64,000 nucleotides of DNA from Chiloscyllium plagiosum (GCF_004010195.1 NC_057759.1:3758860-3822859); one strand, 5' to 3'. Positions 12,301-24,872 are shown, counted from the first letter of the stretch. The notes: generated by a model from the letters alone, not told the origin. Program-made: numbers and translations.

Positions 12301-12992
12301 GTTGTCATAGATTATGTGACAATGTGACCTTCTCTTAAACTCGCCAGCATACAGTCAAAAGCAACATGGGGGAAAGTTGACTTTGTTCAGACTTACCCCA
12401 ATCCAATTCTAATTGAATCGCACAACTCTACCCTCTATTCATTGCCTCGAAATGGGAAGGTAGAAACAGCAACTGGAGCAAACTTGTTCATATCATTATT
12501 TTAGTTTTGAAATTCAAATGTTAACCTGAAAGAGCCTAGTGGATTCTGTCAGATCTGATCCAAATGTTTGCAAGTAGTACACCTTGATATATTGCAAATT
12601 TATTAGCTTAACCTGTGTTATGATATATGAGAATAACCTACGTCAGATGTGTTCGACCAGCGGGTCTCACTTCCCTGTCTTCAAATCTGAGTGACTTCAA
12701 GCACTTCGAGCTCAATCCCACTTTCAAAGTTCCATGAAATCTGATCAATGCAGAAACGTCCCCTAAGTGAATGTTCCCAAGAGGTTGGAAATACCACTTA
12801 CGTATACTACTCTGAATCTGACAGTGTGTGCTGCATTGCCATTCTGAACAGTTTCCCAGGCCTTCCTCTTTGTTGAGTGATAATGACCAAGTCCAGGTCT
12901 TGCCACAAAACAGTTCAGTCTCAACCCCAAGGCAGGGTCTTTGTCAGTCAAAACAGGCACCTTTATACACTAAGCGTAATTCTTGTGTTGAA

Positions 12993-13490
12993 AAACAAAA
13001 TCCACAAAGACTGGTATCTTGCGAACAAGTCACCCTTTATTTAACGCAATTGCATAGTACTTGACACTGGCCTGACTTCTTCAGAGCCAGCTTACAGAGT
13101 GTAAAGAATTCCTGTCACTCACATTTATGTGGGCGGCATGGTGGCACAGTGGTTAGCACTGCTGCCTCACAGTGCCAGAGACCCGGGTTCAATTCCTGAC
13201 TCAAGCGACTGATTGTACATTCTCCCCGTGTCTGCGTGGGTTTGCTCCGGTTTCCTCCCACAGTCCAAAGATGTTCAGGTTAGGTGAATTTGCCATGCTA
13301 AATTGCCCGTGTTGTTAGGTAAAGAGGTAAATGTAGGGGAATGGGTGGGTGGTGAAGGGCCTGTTTCCACACTGTAAGTAATCTAATCTAATCAAATATC
13401 TGTCAGCCAGGGTTCCTTGATTGGACAAAGTTAAGAGCCCTATTAAGTGCTTTTGATATTCACTTGCCTGACCTCGTTACAATCATAACA
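12993..13490 (-). mobile_element. Solo LTR interrupted by an HE1 SINE
   Basis: Minus strand begins TGTTATGATTGTAACGAGGTCAG, has CCAAT, TATA-like and AATAAA motifs, and ends TTTCA. Confidence 0.65.
13131..13393 (+). mobile_element. HE1 SINE with internal deletions
   Basis: gggcggcatggtggcacagtggttagc head and taatc tail. Confidence 0.9.
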
Positions 13491-14059
13491 GGTATAATTA
13501 CAACAGTTAAAATACGTTTGGACAGACACGTGAGAAGGAAATATTTGGAGGGATATTAACGAAATGCAGGCAAATCAAAATAGTTCACTTTGGGAAACCT
13601 GGTCAGCATGAATGAGTTAATTCCGAGGACCTATTTCAACACTGTATAAACGTATGACTCTTTGACCATTTCAGGATTTTCCTTTCCAATCTCTCTCCTC
13701 ACCTGAGGCGTAGTGACCCGCAGGTTAAACCAGTACCGGTCATGTTCCTGTAATGTGAGAGCATCCCTTATGATTGGGTAATTTTATACTGACTGTTATC
13801 TTCATCGTTTCTTAACAGATTGTGTTTTCCCACAAGAGGTCAAACTGACAGAAAGATAACTGAATCAGGTTTGCTCACAATATTGATGAGTTTTAAAAGA
13901 AGATTTAAAAACACATTTTCGTACTTTATACCTAACCACAACCAGTTTAATCTTTAAAAGTATTGTTTTTCACAAGATTCTACTTTCATTTGGAAATATT
14001 CCCAATTCAGAGCTAGATGTTTAGAATATGAACGCACGATTTTTTTTTTATCACAACTA

Positions 14060-14995
14060 ACTTTAGCCACATTTGGAGTATTGTATGCAGTTCTGCTTGT
14101 CACACTGTAACTAGATTACATAGAACATAGAACATTACATGCAGTACAGGCTCCTTGGCCCTCGATGTTGCACCGATCTGTGCAACGAATTTGAAACATA
14201 TCTATCCTACACTATTTCATTTTAATCCATATGATTATCCAATGACTACACATATGTTCTTAAACTTGGCGAGTCTATTCAGGCAAGGCTGATGCAGGCA
14301 GTGTGTTCCATGGCCCTACTACTCTCTGAGTTAGTAAACTACCACAGATATCTCTCCTATATCTATCACACTTCAATTTATAGCTATGTCCCCGCGTGCT
14401 AGCCATCACCGACCGAGGAAAAAGGTTCTCACTGTCCACCCTATCTAACCCTCTGATTATCTTATATATCTGTAGAGGCTTTGGGGAAATGTTGTGGAGA
14501 CATTGGGGAGGATGCAAAATAGATTTAGCAGGACGTTGCCTGGATTACAGTGCATTAACTATGTGAACAATCACGGTTGTTTTCATTAGCAAATGTTGCA
14601 GGCTGAGGGAAAGCATCATAAAAGTATATAAAATTATGAGAGACAAGTAAAAGGTGGATATTCGGAGTCTTCTTCCAAAGGTCGAAATGTCAAATACAGT
14701 AGCGGGGGGAATAGAGGGGGCAAGTGGAGATAGGTTTAAGGTGAAATCGAAAACAAAAGTAAAGGATTTGTGCCAGGTAACTTTATTTTAGACAGAATGT
14801 TGTAGTTGCCTGGAACGCATTGCCGGGGAGGTGGTAGAAGCAGATATGGTTGCAACGTTTTCGAGGCATACAGACAGACACATGAGCAGGCAGAGAATAG
14901 AGAGACAGACCGTGTGCAGGCAGACGGAATTTGTATGAACAGCGTCATGGTCAGAAGCACACATAATTGGTCGAATGACTTCTTGCTGTACTGCT
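14060..14995 (+). mobile_element. Degraded CR1 3' fragment hosting a younger CR1
   Basis: LEYCMQF-type start resumes after 14470. Paralog of 3235-3790. Confidence 0.7.
14111..14470 (-). mobile_element. CR1 3' end, nested insertion
   Basis: YKIIRGLDRVDSENLFP...TRGHSYKL with a (TAGAACA)n tail on the plus strand. Confidence 0.88.
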
Positions 14996-16147
14996 TACCA
15001 CCGTGGGACAGCACACAGATTATTCATTTTTCCATGGCCAATTGCAATTCTGCAACAAAGTGAACATTTTTCTTTCTAGATTAAGCTAAAATCGAGAGAT
15101 AGGAGTGGTTAATCAGAATTTAAAAAAACAATATTGTGCCATTACAATGACCGATAAATTAGCCATGTTCACGTTCTCTGCAGATCAGTCATTAACCAAA
15201 GTCTCGTTCTTTAAACACAAAGCATTGTGAATTCATTTGACCACATTTTGTCAAGCTGCTCGCTGTTGTGTTGATACTTCAAAGAAGGCATTATTCCCTT
15301 ACAATGTATATATTGGGAACATATTTGCAGTAATGTTGTGTGAACAGAATTATGGAACTGCATAGACATAGTGTCTTGAAGACTTCTTCATTTAATGAAC
15401 GCAGTAGCTATTAAAATGTAATGTGTCAGATTAGACCCTAGCTGTCCTTTGTCTGAGGGACGGACTGAAAATTAGCAATGACTGAGTTCTATTTCATTTA
15501 AGTAAGAATGTCCAGTAATTTACGTGGCAAATCTGTGTTTCTTTAAATGACAGCTTCAACACGATTTTATATAAATCCTGGCCTGGAAAAGAAGCATTTG
15601 CAACTTCTTCATTTATTGTAACGTGCATGTGCTTTGGAGTCTAACTTAAGAAATGAACATTGTGAACATATAAAGATAGATGGAGAGAGCTGGAAAGAAA
15701 GGAAACAAAATAGTGTTTGTAATTCCAAGGCAGCATAATATAGGTCTTGTTTTTGAAAATAAGAAAACTGCTGACTCACCCCAACCACAAACTGTCCCCG
15801 TCCAGTGATTGAGTACAGTTCCTCTGTTTGACCACAGCAGAATGCAGGAAGTAAAACTAAACTCTTGCCAGATCTTGCGAGCTGCGGAAAATGGAACTTT
15901 TGCTCACTTATCACTTCCCTCCACAATATCCAAAGGTTCAGACACAGCTTCTGGATGAACCAGTAATCTACCCGCACTTCACTCAACTGTATTCATGGTA
16001 AACAATGTGATCTCCTCCACACATGGGAGAAAAATACAGACTGCGCGTTCACACTGTGGAATGCCTATGGTCTGACAATAATAAAAAAATACCCCGAGCT
16101 TCCCAAAGCCCGTTCCTTCAACAACTCACCATTTTCCACACTCACCA

Positions 16148-16725
16148 TACTTTCCTTTATTGGTCAGAGAATCGAGTTTAGGATTGTGAGGTCATGCTGT
16201 GGCTGCACAGGACATTTGTTTGGCCTTTTTTGGAGTATTCCGGTACAATTTTGATCTTCCTCCTATTGGAAGGAACTTCTGAAACGGTTGGGAAAAGATT
16301 TACAATTATCTTGCCTGGATTGGAGAGTTTGAGGTATGGGGAGAGAAGGAATAGACTGGCGCACTTTTCTCTGGAGCTTCAGAGGCTGAGAAGTGACCTT
16401 ATAGAGGTTTATAAAATCACGATGGTCATGGATAGCGTAAATAGATGGTATCTTTTCCCCGGTGTGAAGGAGACCAGAACTAGAGAGCATAGATTTGGGG
16501 TGACAGGGGAAAGATTTAAAAGGGACCTAAGGGGCAACATTTTCTTACAGAGGGTGGTGCATGTATGGAATAAGCAGCCAGGAAAAGTGATGGGGGCTGG
16601 TACAATCACAATACCTGGATGGCTATATGAGTAGAAAGGGTTTAGAGGGGTATGGGCCAACTGTTGACAAGTGTTACTAGATTAGATTAGGGAGTCTGGT
16701 CTGTTTTTCTACTGTGTGATTCTAT
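16148..16725 (+). mobile_element. CR1 3' fragment inside an old PLE fragment (PLE about 15870-17150)
   Basis: RLRSDLIEVYKI...LQRVVHVWNK. Same insertion point as 1575-2100. Confidence 0.88.
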
Positions 16726-17304
16726 AACAAGCATTTCCATTTGGGAGTCTTGCGACAGCACTCCAGTGATGCTCCAAGCAAATTGGAAGCACAGCATCTC
16801 TTCTCCAGCTTGGGGAGCCTGCAGCCTTTAGTACTCAATATCAAGTTTAATTATTTCAGAGCCTGATATACCTCCTTCCACGTCATTTACCCAAGCCCCA
16901 CACCCCAGGCCTTGTTATAACATGGGCTGCTTTCAACAGGACTGACCTATTCTCGCTTACACATTGTCCCCACTATCAATCCATCCCCTACCCTAGGCTG
17001 GTTACTTATTATTTCTTTCTTTGTCAAACTTTCATTCTCTCTCTTTGGCCTATGTCTCTACTTATCTGCTCAATCCTTTCCATCACCCCATTCACGCCAG
17101 CACATATACCATCTTTTCCTAGCCGCTATCAGATTATCTATTCCGGGAGAGATCAGTTAGTCAGGATATATGTCAGTATGTATGTTTCTCATAGTTAGAA
17201 CTCATGTTTCAAACTTCTGTTCTTTTAAAGCTTCACTGTTATATTCAGAGCAAAATTGAATATATCTACAAATATAATTCTGCAAATGCAAATTCACTCC
17301 ATAG

Positions 17305-17510
17305 ACTTATACGTGTGCGTGCATGCATGAGAGAGTGTGAGTATGTGCATGTGAGGTTGTGCGTGAGAGTGCCCGTAAAACAGTGTGGTTTGCGTGTGCT
17401 CATGCCTGGTAATGTGTGAGTGTGATGGAGTATATGTCTCTGAGAGGGCGTGCATGTGAGGTATTGCATGCATGTCTGTATGAGAGAGTGTATGTATGAG
17501 AGAGGTATGG
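17305..17510. repeat. Degenerate (GT/GA)n low-complexity tract
   Basis: Recurrent gtgtgagtgt, gcatgtgag and gagagagtgt. Confidence 0.7.
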
Positions 17511-17514
17511 ACAA

Positions 17515-17900
17515 AAGCAAGGGCTTGCATTTTGCTAAAACAAAAAAGGGCAGGACTTGTACAGTTAACATTAGGACCCTGGGCTGTGTTGTAGAACCGG
17601 GAGACATGGCAGGGGTGTGGAGTGTTCAGATACATAGTTCTTTGAAAGTTGCATCAGTGGTAGACCGGGTGGTTTTGACACAGATGATGGTTTGTGTGTG
17701 GAAGGAACTTCTTGAGGAAGTGGTGGACACAGTTAAAAGTTGCAAATTATAAATGACATTTGATGGGTACATGAGCAGAAAGGTTTAGAGGGATATGAGT
17801 CAAAGACAGGCAAGAGGGACGATTTTAGTTTGGAAATCCGGGTCAGCATCGATGAGTTGGACCGAACGGTCTGTTTTCGTGCTGTTTGGCTCTATGACTA
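17515..17900 (+). mobile_element. CR1 fragment with internal deletion
   Basis: LHFAK...GRTCTVN...QIHSSLKVASVVDRVV then a CR1 3' tail. Confidence 0.8.
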
Positions 17901-18424
17901 CAGTACTATAACATTATCCCCATGATGACCCAACGGAGGTTGGACGGAACGCTTATGTCAAGACTGAACCAAGGCACTCATTCACTACAGGGGTACATTT
18001 TTTTATTAACAAATGCCTATCACACTGAAATTTTTCCAATATATAATGCACATCAAGAACATTTACATTAAGACCTCAGGATTACTTTTATTACCCCAAA
18101 CCGTTTCATTCCAAAGAACTGGGCTTTGAAGGTAAAGAGAGAAACAACAAGTGAAACCTATGCACAATTCGGAAATGCACAATAAACAAAAGAAAGGCGG
18201 AATTCTGAATGAAGGAACACATTTCAATGATAATCATTTTCCCATATGTATGAGGAACAATGGTGGCATTGCTGGCTTTAATAACTCATTAAGATTAACT
18301 GGAAATGGGCTATTGTTTGTTGTTAAACACCACAATGTAGTCACTACTCACGTTATACATAGACTAGTGGCAGTCCAAAGTACACAGTTCCAAAGACTCA
18401 TCTCGAGTCTGATTTATAAAGGGG

Positions 18425-18512
18425 CCGAACCGTGTGCTGCTGGAAAAGCACAACCGGTCAGGCAGCGTCCAAGAAACAGGAAAATTGATGTTTCGTGCAT
18501 GAGCCCTTCTCA
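18425..18512 (-). mobile_element. PLE terminal (pLTR) fragment
   Basis: Similar to the left arm of the 24437-24661 palindrome. Confidence 0.65.
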
Positions 18513-18649
18513 GGTGATGAGTTCCAAATTGGCAACCCATTACATGTTACCAAGTGAACTAGCAGTCAGTGATCTCCATGAGGAGATTAATTAATTATTC
18601 ACATTGAGCCTCAGAAGGGGCATCACTTTTGCTGGATTGTTGTTCCAGC

Positions 18650-18860
18650 GATGTACCTTTTTGTTCGAGGGACTTGAGTTCAAATCCTGGGCATAGCTGG
18701 TGGAATTTGAATATATATTTTTTAAAAATCTATCATTATAAGTTTAATGATGATGCTGTTGATTTTTGGGGAGGAGTAAAAACAACTCATCTGGTTCAGT
18801 GTCACCCTATCAGACAAGGGAAGGTAATTTGCCATCCTTCCCTTGTCTGGCCTGCATATC
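18650..18860 (+). mobile_element. Degraded tRNA-SINE, Meta-domain-like family
   Basis: gagttcaaatcc B box and catctggttca...agggaagg...ctggcct core. Confidence 0.6.
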
Positions 18861-18879
18861 CCTCAGGAAGGACAATACT

Positions 18880-18988
18880 TATGGATTTTCTATTCGACCT
18901 GTTGACAGATTATATACTTCTGGAGCAGATTGGTCTTGAAACTAGGCCTCAGAGGTAGGGACACTACCACTGTGCCACAAGGAGCCCC
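18880..18988 (-). mobile_element. Short tRNA-derived SINE
   Basis: Minus strand gggctccttgtggcacagtggtagtgtccctacctctgag head. Confidence 0.6.
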
Positions 18989-19584
18989 ATAATATTTCGC
19001 TCTTAACGGATCAGCAAGAAATTCTGGCCGAGGCAGTGACGCTAACAGCTGAGAGTTTCTTTTTAAAACTTGAATGTTGGATGCATGGGCAATGCATAAA
19101 CTGGACGTTTTATTTTAAAATGGCCGCTGGAGAGCAGCTTCAAGTTAGTCTCCAAAGTACTCTAACACTCGCAAATGCGTAAATATAATTATTCTTTTTG
19201 TTCATCCAGCACTTCAGGGACGGCTTGACACAATGTGTGTGTGTACAACAATCAAAATCTTATTACTATCCATGGTCTGCTTCCCTTGGCACACAAAAAA
19301 ATAAGAGATTTCTTATCGTATGAAATGCCTTTCCTAGAAACAAAATGGGTCGGGCTTATTTTGCAGGTGATAAGCCCAAACGGAACAGGATGAGGAGTAG
19401 GCCAGTCAGCCCATTGAACCTACTCTACATTCAACACGATCATTGCTGATCCCATATTCCTCACGGTAACTTTTCTGCCCTTTCCCTTGATTCCCTGACT
19501 GATTAAAATTTTATCTCAGCCTTAAACGTACACAAGAATTCTACCTTGTCACACAGCTGTCTGTTGCACGGAGTTACAAAGACT

Positions 19585-20260
19585 GTGACGATGAGGCTCC
19601 ATTAACAAGGTTATGGTGTCCGTGGGTTTTATTTTGAAAGAGGTCATAAAAGACACAGATTCCGAAGTCTAAGTTTTAGGGATTTAGGGACAATTTGATT
19701 AAACCTAACAGATGCTCCCACAGGCAAAAGGCTTTTAGGTAAAAAAAAAAACACTTGTATAATGAGAGAGTCGTTGCCAGTTCTCCCAGGTCAGTTTTTC
19801 TCTGTTTTGATTTGTTTTTCTTTTGCAGTCTGGTTATTCACTGAAAGCAGTCCAGCAGTCTTGAAGTTGCTTGACCAAAGAGAAGCAGATACATGCTGAC
19901 CCTTTTAATACAAATAGCAAAGTTAAGGCTTGGCTACTTTCTTTTGAACGGGCCTGGTCTGGTCTATAATAAGATCCGCAATCACCTAAGAGAAGAAATT
20001 CCTCCTAATCTCTGTCTTCAACTGGTGTCTGTTTATCCTGAATACGATTATTATTCTGTAAACAATATTTGCTATTTGGAATCAATCAGCATTAGTTGCT
20101 GCTTTCTCAATTGCAGCACCTCTGAAAGCCATAGTCCACTCGCAAAGCAATCAACACGCTGTTCTCCTGCAGCATACATATTGTTCTTCGTTGGAATTGT
20201 CTTAAGAGTACAAGAAGATTATGTTTGAGGATGACCGTTTTTTTTGGAAACACTTTGAGA
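19585..20260 (+). mobile_element. Possible degraded LTR
   Basis: Starts TGTGACGATG where it truncates a CR1 tail (19380-19585). The 3' end is unclear. Confidence 0.35.
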
Positions 20261-20319
20261 CGTTTTCGCTGAAGAGGTGGGAGTTGTTAATCCCAGGATT
20301 ACATTTACAAGAAGAAAGC

Positions 20320-21120
20320 ATAGAAACATAGAAGGAAGGAGAAAGAATATGCCATTCGGCCCCTTGAGCCTACTCTATCATTAAATGGCATTGAGGCTGA
20401 ACATCGAGCTCAATACCCTAATGCTGCCCTCCTTTCCTATGCTTTGGACCCTTTAGCTACAACAGCTGTACCTACCTCACTTTTGAAAAGACACAAAAGT
20501 TTGGCCGTGGCCATTTTCCGTCAATGCGAATCCCACAGAACTCCCCCACTCCCGGCCTCCTCCCCCCACCCCCTCCCCACACACTCTCTGGGTAAAGACA
20601 TATTTCCTCACTTCAGTTCTCAAAGGTTTATCCCTATACTTAAGCTATGACCCTATTTCTGGACTCACCCAGCGATCATGAACATGTTTCCTGCATCTAA
20701 CCTGTCTAGTGCTATCAGACTTTGGTAGTTTTTATTGAGGTGTGCCCACCTCTCATTCGTCTACACACCAGTGTATAAAATCTGAACGGTTCGATCTCCA
20801 TTCAACCATTTGTCCTGCCATTCCAGCAATTAGTTTGGGAAAACTTTGGTGCACTCTATCCATATCAAGAACATGCTTCCTCAGATAAAGAGACCAAAAC
20901 TATACATTATATTCATGATTTCCTCATAGATGCACTGTACAATTGCAGTTAGACATGCTTGATCCTGTACTCTGATCCTCATGCTATGAAGGCCAGCTTA
21001 TAGTTTACTTTTTTTACTGTCTGTTCCATGTGCAACGCACAATTTCAGTGACTGGTGTACAACTGATACCAAATCTCGTTTAAAATTCACCTCACTCATT
21101 CAGATAATAATCCAGCATTC
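20320..21120 (-). mobile_element. Degraded CR1 3' fragment
   Basis: catagaaacataga tail and reverse-complement ORF2 C-terminus. Confidence 0.75.
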
Positions 21121-21494
21121 TGTTATTTTTTTTCACTCTGTCAGAACTTACCCAGAATGCAAATAACATCTTCTTGCTGATTCTACACACGGATTATTTA
21201 ATGAGTATGGAACTGGCTGTGGTTAATTCGAGAGGGAAAGAAATGAAAGCAGATCCAACGTGCACTATTGAAGGAATCACACTCCCTTTGAATCTTTGTG
21301 TGTGCAAAGTGTGTTTATGTGTGCACACACGCATTGTTTATCATTGTCAGACAAAGCAAACTTTTGTTTTAACCTCTCAGCAATCAATGCAAACTCAAAG
21401 CCTGGTCTTTGAGTCAGTAGAATTCAACGTGTTTTTTCTTCCTCGGCTGAAGGCAAGAGACGATTGCAACACTTAATCGTGGGCACTCCATAAC

Positions 21495-22027
21495 ATTAAT
21501 GGCAGTGTGGAGAACAGAGCGATCTTGGTGTGCTGGTACATAGATCCCTTAAAATGGCCACCCAAGTGGACAGGGTTGTTAAGAAAACATATGGTGTTTT
21601 AGCTTTCATTAACAGGGGGATTGAGTTTAAGAGCCGTGAGATCTTGTTGCAGCTCTATAAAACTTTGGTTAGACCGCACTTGGAATAGTGTGTCCAGTTC
21701 TGGTCGCCCTATTATAGGAAAGATGTGGATGCTTTGGAGGTTTACCAGAATGCTGCCTGGACTGGAGGGCTTATTTTATGAGGAGAGGTTGGCTGAGCTC
21801 GGACATTTTTCATTGGAGAAAAGGGCGAGGAGAGGGGACCTAATTGAGGTATACAAGATAATGAGAGGCATAGATAGAGTCGTTAGCCAGAGACTATTTC
21901 CCAGGGCAGAAATGACTAACACGAGGGGTCATAGTTTTAAGCTGGTTGGAGGGAAGTATAGAGGGTATGTCAGAGGCGGGTTCTTTACACAGAGAGTTGT
22001 GAGAGCATGGAATGCATTGCCAGCAGC
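21495..22027 (+). mobile_element. CR1 ORF2 C-terminal fragment
   Basis: RFTRMLPGLEG...RGDLIEVYKIMRG...FFTQRVVRAWNALP. Confidence 0.92.
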
Positions 22028-22789
22028 ACAGTTCAGTTTCTTTTTGCAATCTACTCTGTCAATTTTATGATGTCAAGGCTGCCATTTTAAGTTGGAATAG
22101 TTTGCAGAACCTGAGCTCTGCAGTTTCTCTCTGTCATTGTCTGACTCTTCACAATGTATTTAATGCGGAAGATGAGAGACTCTTGACCATGAAATAAATC
22201 CGGGATGTGTGAGTTCATACAAGAAATAATAATAGACCAAATGAAACTGCAGATGCGAAAACATACTGCTGTACTGTGTTGAAGAATTTGATTTTATTGA
22301 GGTTAAGAAATACTCCAGAAAAACTTGGTCATGTTTTTGTAGGATTAACGATTGCATGTGGTGGCGGAGGAAGCAAGCTTAGGAGACTTATTCAAAATGA
22401 ATAAAGTTTTCTTATAACACGGAATTCAACATCTGAAATTAAGCTGTACCTGAGCTATTGTTATTCAGTTTCAAACTCAGTGTTACTAAAAGTCATTTGA
22501 TTCCCTTGGCCTTTGTTCAGCTTTCTGAAAACTCAGAAACTTATTGCGTGGAGAAATAACGACTGCATATCTGTCATAAGACTGTGTTCTCCAACTTGGA
22601 TTTACCTTTAATCTCTAATTTATCATTTGGATGAGCCACGACAAACTAATGTTTGACTATGGTAAATGAAAAATGTTAAGTCAGTTAACATTGGTCTGCA
22701 AACGTCCTGCTGCAGGGTAAGAAACAAGCATAGAGTGCTGCGTTGTACTTACCCAATCATTGTTATTACATTCCGTACTCTGACTAATC

Positions 22790-23440
22790 AGTATGACATA
22801 GACATAATATCTCTACAGCCTAACAAGTTCCATGCTGACCCTCTGAAGTGTAACCTACCCAGATCCATTCCGCTACCCTAATAACCTAAATATCCTCTGA
22901 ATAATGCACCTAACCGACACATCCCTGAACACCGGGCGATTTAGAATGGTGAATTCACCGAACCTGCACAACTTTCAACATTGGGAGGAAACTGGAGGAC
23001 CCAGAAGAATCCCACTCAGACGGTGCGATAATGTAAAAAGGCCAAACAGACAGTCGCCCGAATTTGATTAGATTAGATTACATTACAGTGTGGAAACAGG
23101 CCCTTCGGCCCAACAAGTCCACACCGACCCGAAGAAGCACAACCCACCCAGACCCATTCCTCTACATTTATCCCTTCACCTAACACTACGGGCAATTTAG
23201 AATGGCCAATTCGCCTAACCTGCGCAGTTTTGGACTGCGGGAGGAAACCGGAGCAACCGGAGGAAACCCATGCAGACACGGGGAGAACGTGCAAACTCCA
23301 CACAGAGAGTCGCCTGAGGCAGGAATTGAACCCGGGTCTCTGGCGCTGTGAGGCAGCAGAGCTAAGTACTGTACCACCGTGCCGCCCACCAAAGCTGGAA
23401 TTGGACCCGAATCCCTAGTGCTGTGAGCCAAAGTGCCGCC
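22790..23440 (-). mobile_element. Old HE1 SINE split by a younger HE1
   Basis: Degenerate body at 22790-23060; the head resumes at 23389-23440. Confidence 0.75.
23066..23387 (-). mobile_element. Full-length HE1 SINE
   Basis: (GATTA)n tail through to ccaccgtgccgccc head. Confidence 0.95.
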
Positions 23441-24436
23441 TTACAATTTAAACTCAATGTAACTTGATTCATAGAATCCCAAAAGTGTGGAAACAGGCCA
23501 TTTGGCCCAACAAGCCCACACTGACCCGTCAAAGTGTAACCCACCCAGAACCATGTGTGATTTTTTTTAAAACAAGTTTTTGGACACAGTTCTGCCCGTT
23601 GTATGAGATACAATTCCAAGAAGCACTGATCACCATCCATCTGATATACCAATATTTTATGTACATTATTTCCGTGCAAATGTTATCTTATTTTGTTGCA
23701 ATTGCAACACTGCTTTCAAGTATCTCATGAAAAAACAAAGTGCAAGATCCAAAGATTTACAAAAAATAAAGAGCGTGTAGATTGTTTGTCAGTGTGGTTC
23801 GTACACTCTGTCTGGAGGGAGGCGCTTTAACAGACTGCTAGCTGCTGACTCTTTCTTGTCTTGGAAGAATCCGTACCTGGAGGAACAGCAGTGGGACAAT
23901 CAGCCCCTTCAACCTGCAATCCAACTGAATATGATTATGACTAATCAAGCACTTCACTGCATTTTAAACACTCCATTCCCATAAGGCATCTAATGATTGG
24001 TAATCACAAATCTATCAGCCTCTCCCTTAAACATACACAGTAATGGAATGACCCTAGCCTCCTGCAGGTACTAAATTCTAAATGATTATAAACCGATGAA
24101 CAAAACAAAATAAACGCTAATCTTGGACTGAAGTCCTACATATTTTAAAATTCTGCCTGGTTCTCATCTCCCCCAACCAGTAAACCGATATACCATGCCA
24201 TCTCGGTTTCAGGTTTGTGTTATTGTATTTTCAATGGTATCGTCAAACATCTATCAAATCCCTCGATAAATCAGGCCCGATTTGCCCAGCGTCTTTCATT
24301 GGATAGTGCCCCAAGTCTGGAGATTCACGAAGTCTGGTGAATCTTCATGGCCCTCTCTACACGAGCATAGCATCGTTCCTGAGATATGGAGGCACAAACA
24401 TGCACACAGTCCTGCAGGTACAGCCTGATTAGAGAG

Positions 24437-24661
24437 GTAAAAAAAATGACTGCAGATGCTGGAAACCAGATTCTGGATTAGTGGTGCTGGAAGAGCACAG
24501 CAGTTCAGGCAGCATCTAAGGAGCAGAGAAACCGACGTTTTGGGCAAAAGCCCTTCATCAGGATCCTGATCCTGATGAAGGGGTTTTGCCCGAAACGTCG
24601 ATTTCGCTGCTCCTTGGAGGCTGCCTGAACTGCTGTGCTCTTCCAGCACCACTAATCCAGA
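24437..24661. mobile_element. Palindromic non-autonomous PLE derivative (inverted pLTRs)
   Basis: Arms 24472-24562 and 24571-24661 are near-perfect reverse complements, flanked by a 15-bp imperfect direct repeat. Confidence 0.88.
24571..24600 (+). ncRNA. Minimal hammerhead-ribozyme-like core (PLE type)
   Basis: CTGATGA-A-GGG(GTTTTG)CCC-GAAAC-GTC. Confidence 0.6.
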
Positions 24662-24868
24662 CTGCCTGATGAGAGCCAATGTGAAACAAGACTTCACTGC
24701 CCTGTACTCAAATCTTCTTGCAGCTAGTGCTAACATTCCAATTTTCTTCCCAAAAGCGTATTCAGGCATTAAGGAAGGCAACAGAGATTTCTGCAATAAC
24801 AGTGCGACAGTAAACCTGGATGACTAAATTTACATATAGATTTGAAAAATAACAAGCTGGTGGTGTAT

Positions 24869-24872
<4 letters not shown>

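Larger units (their letters stand above)
13100..17020. repeat. Right arm of the ancient inverted segmental duplication
   Basis: Reverse-complement match to 1275-4445 plus two arm-specific insertions. Confidence 0.88.
23880..24770 (-). mobile_element. Old CR1 3' fragment, host of the PLE palindrome
   Basis: Reverse-complement CR1 tail and GMLALAARRFEYR remnant. Confidence 0.65.

Noticed and set aside
11780..12345. Minus-strand Ig-like words (LREGHIVT, ISWYTS, GIKCTV) around an HE1
   Set aside because: Spacing is wrong for an Ig domain, the first Cys is absent, and stops and frame changes are needed.
22240..22385. DAKTYCC...GGGGSKL resembling a germline-joined V(D)J segment
   Set aside because: No upstream V framework (no conserved Cys/Trp), stops upstream, no RSS or leader; probably chance.
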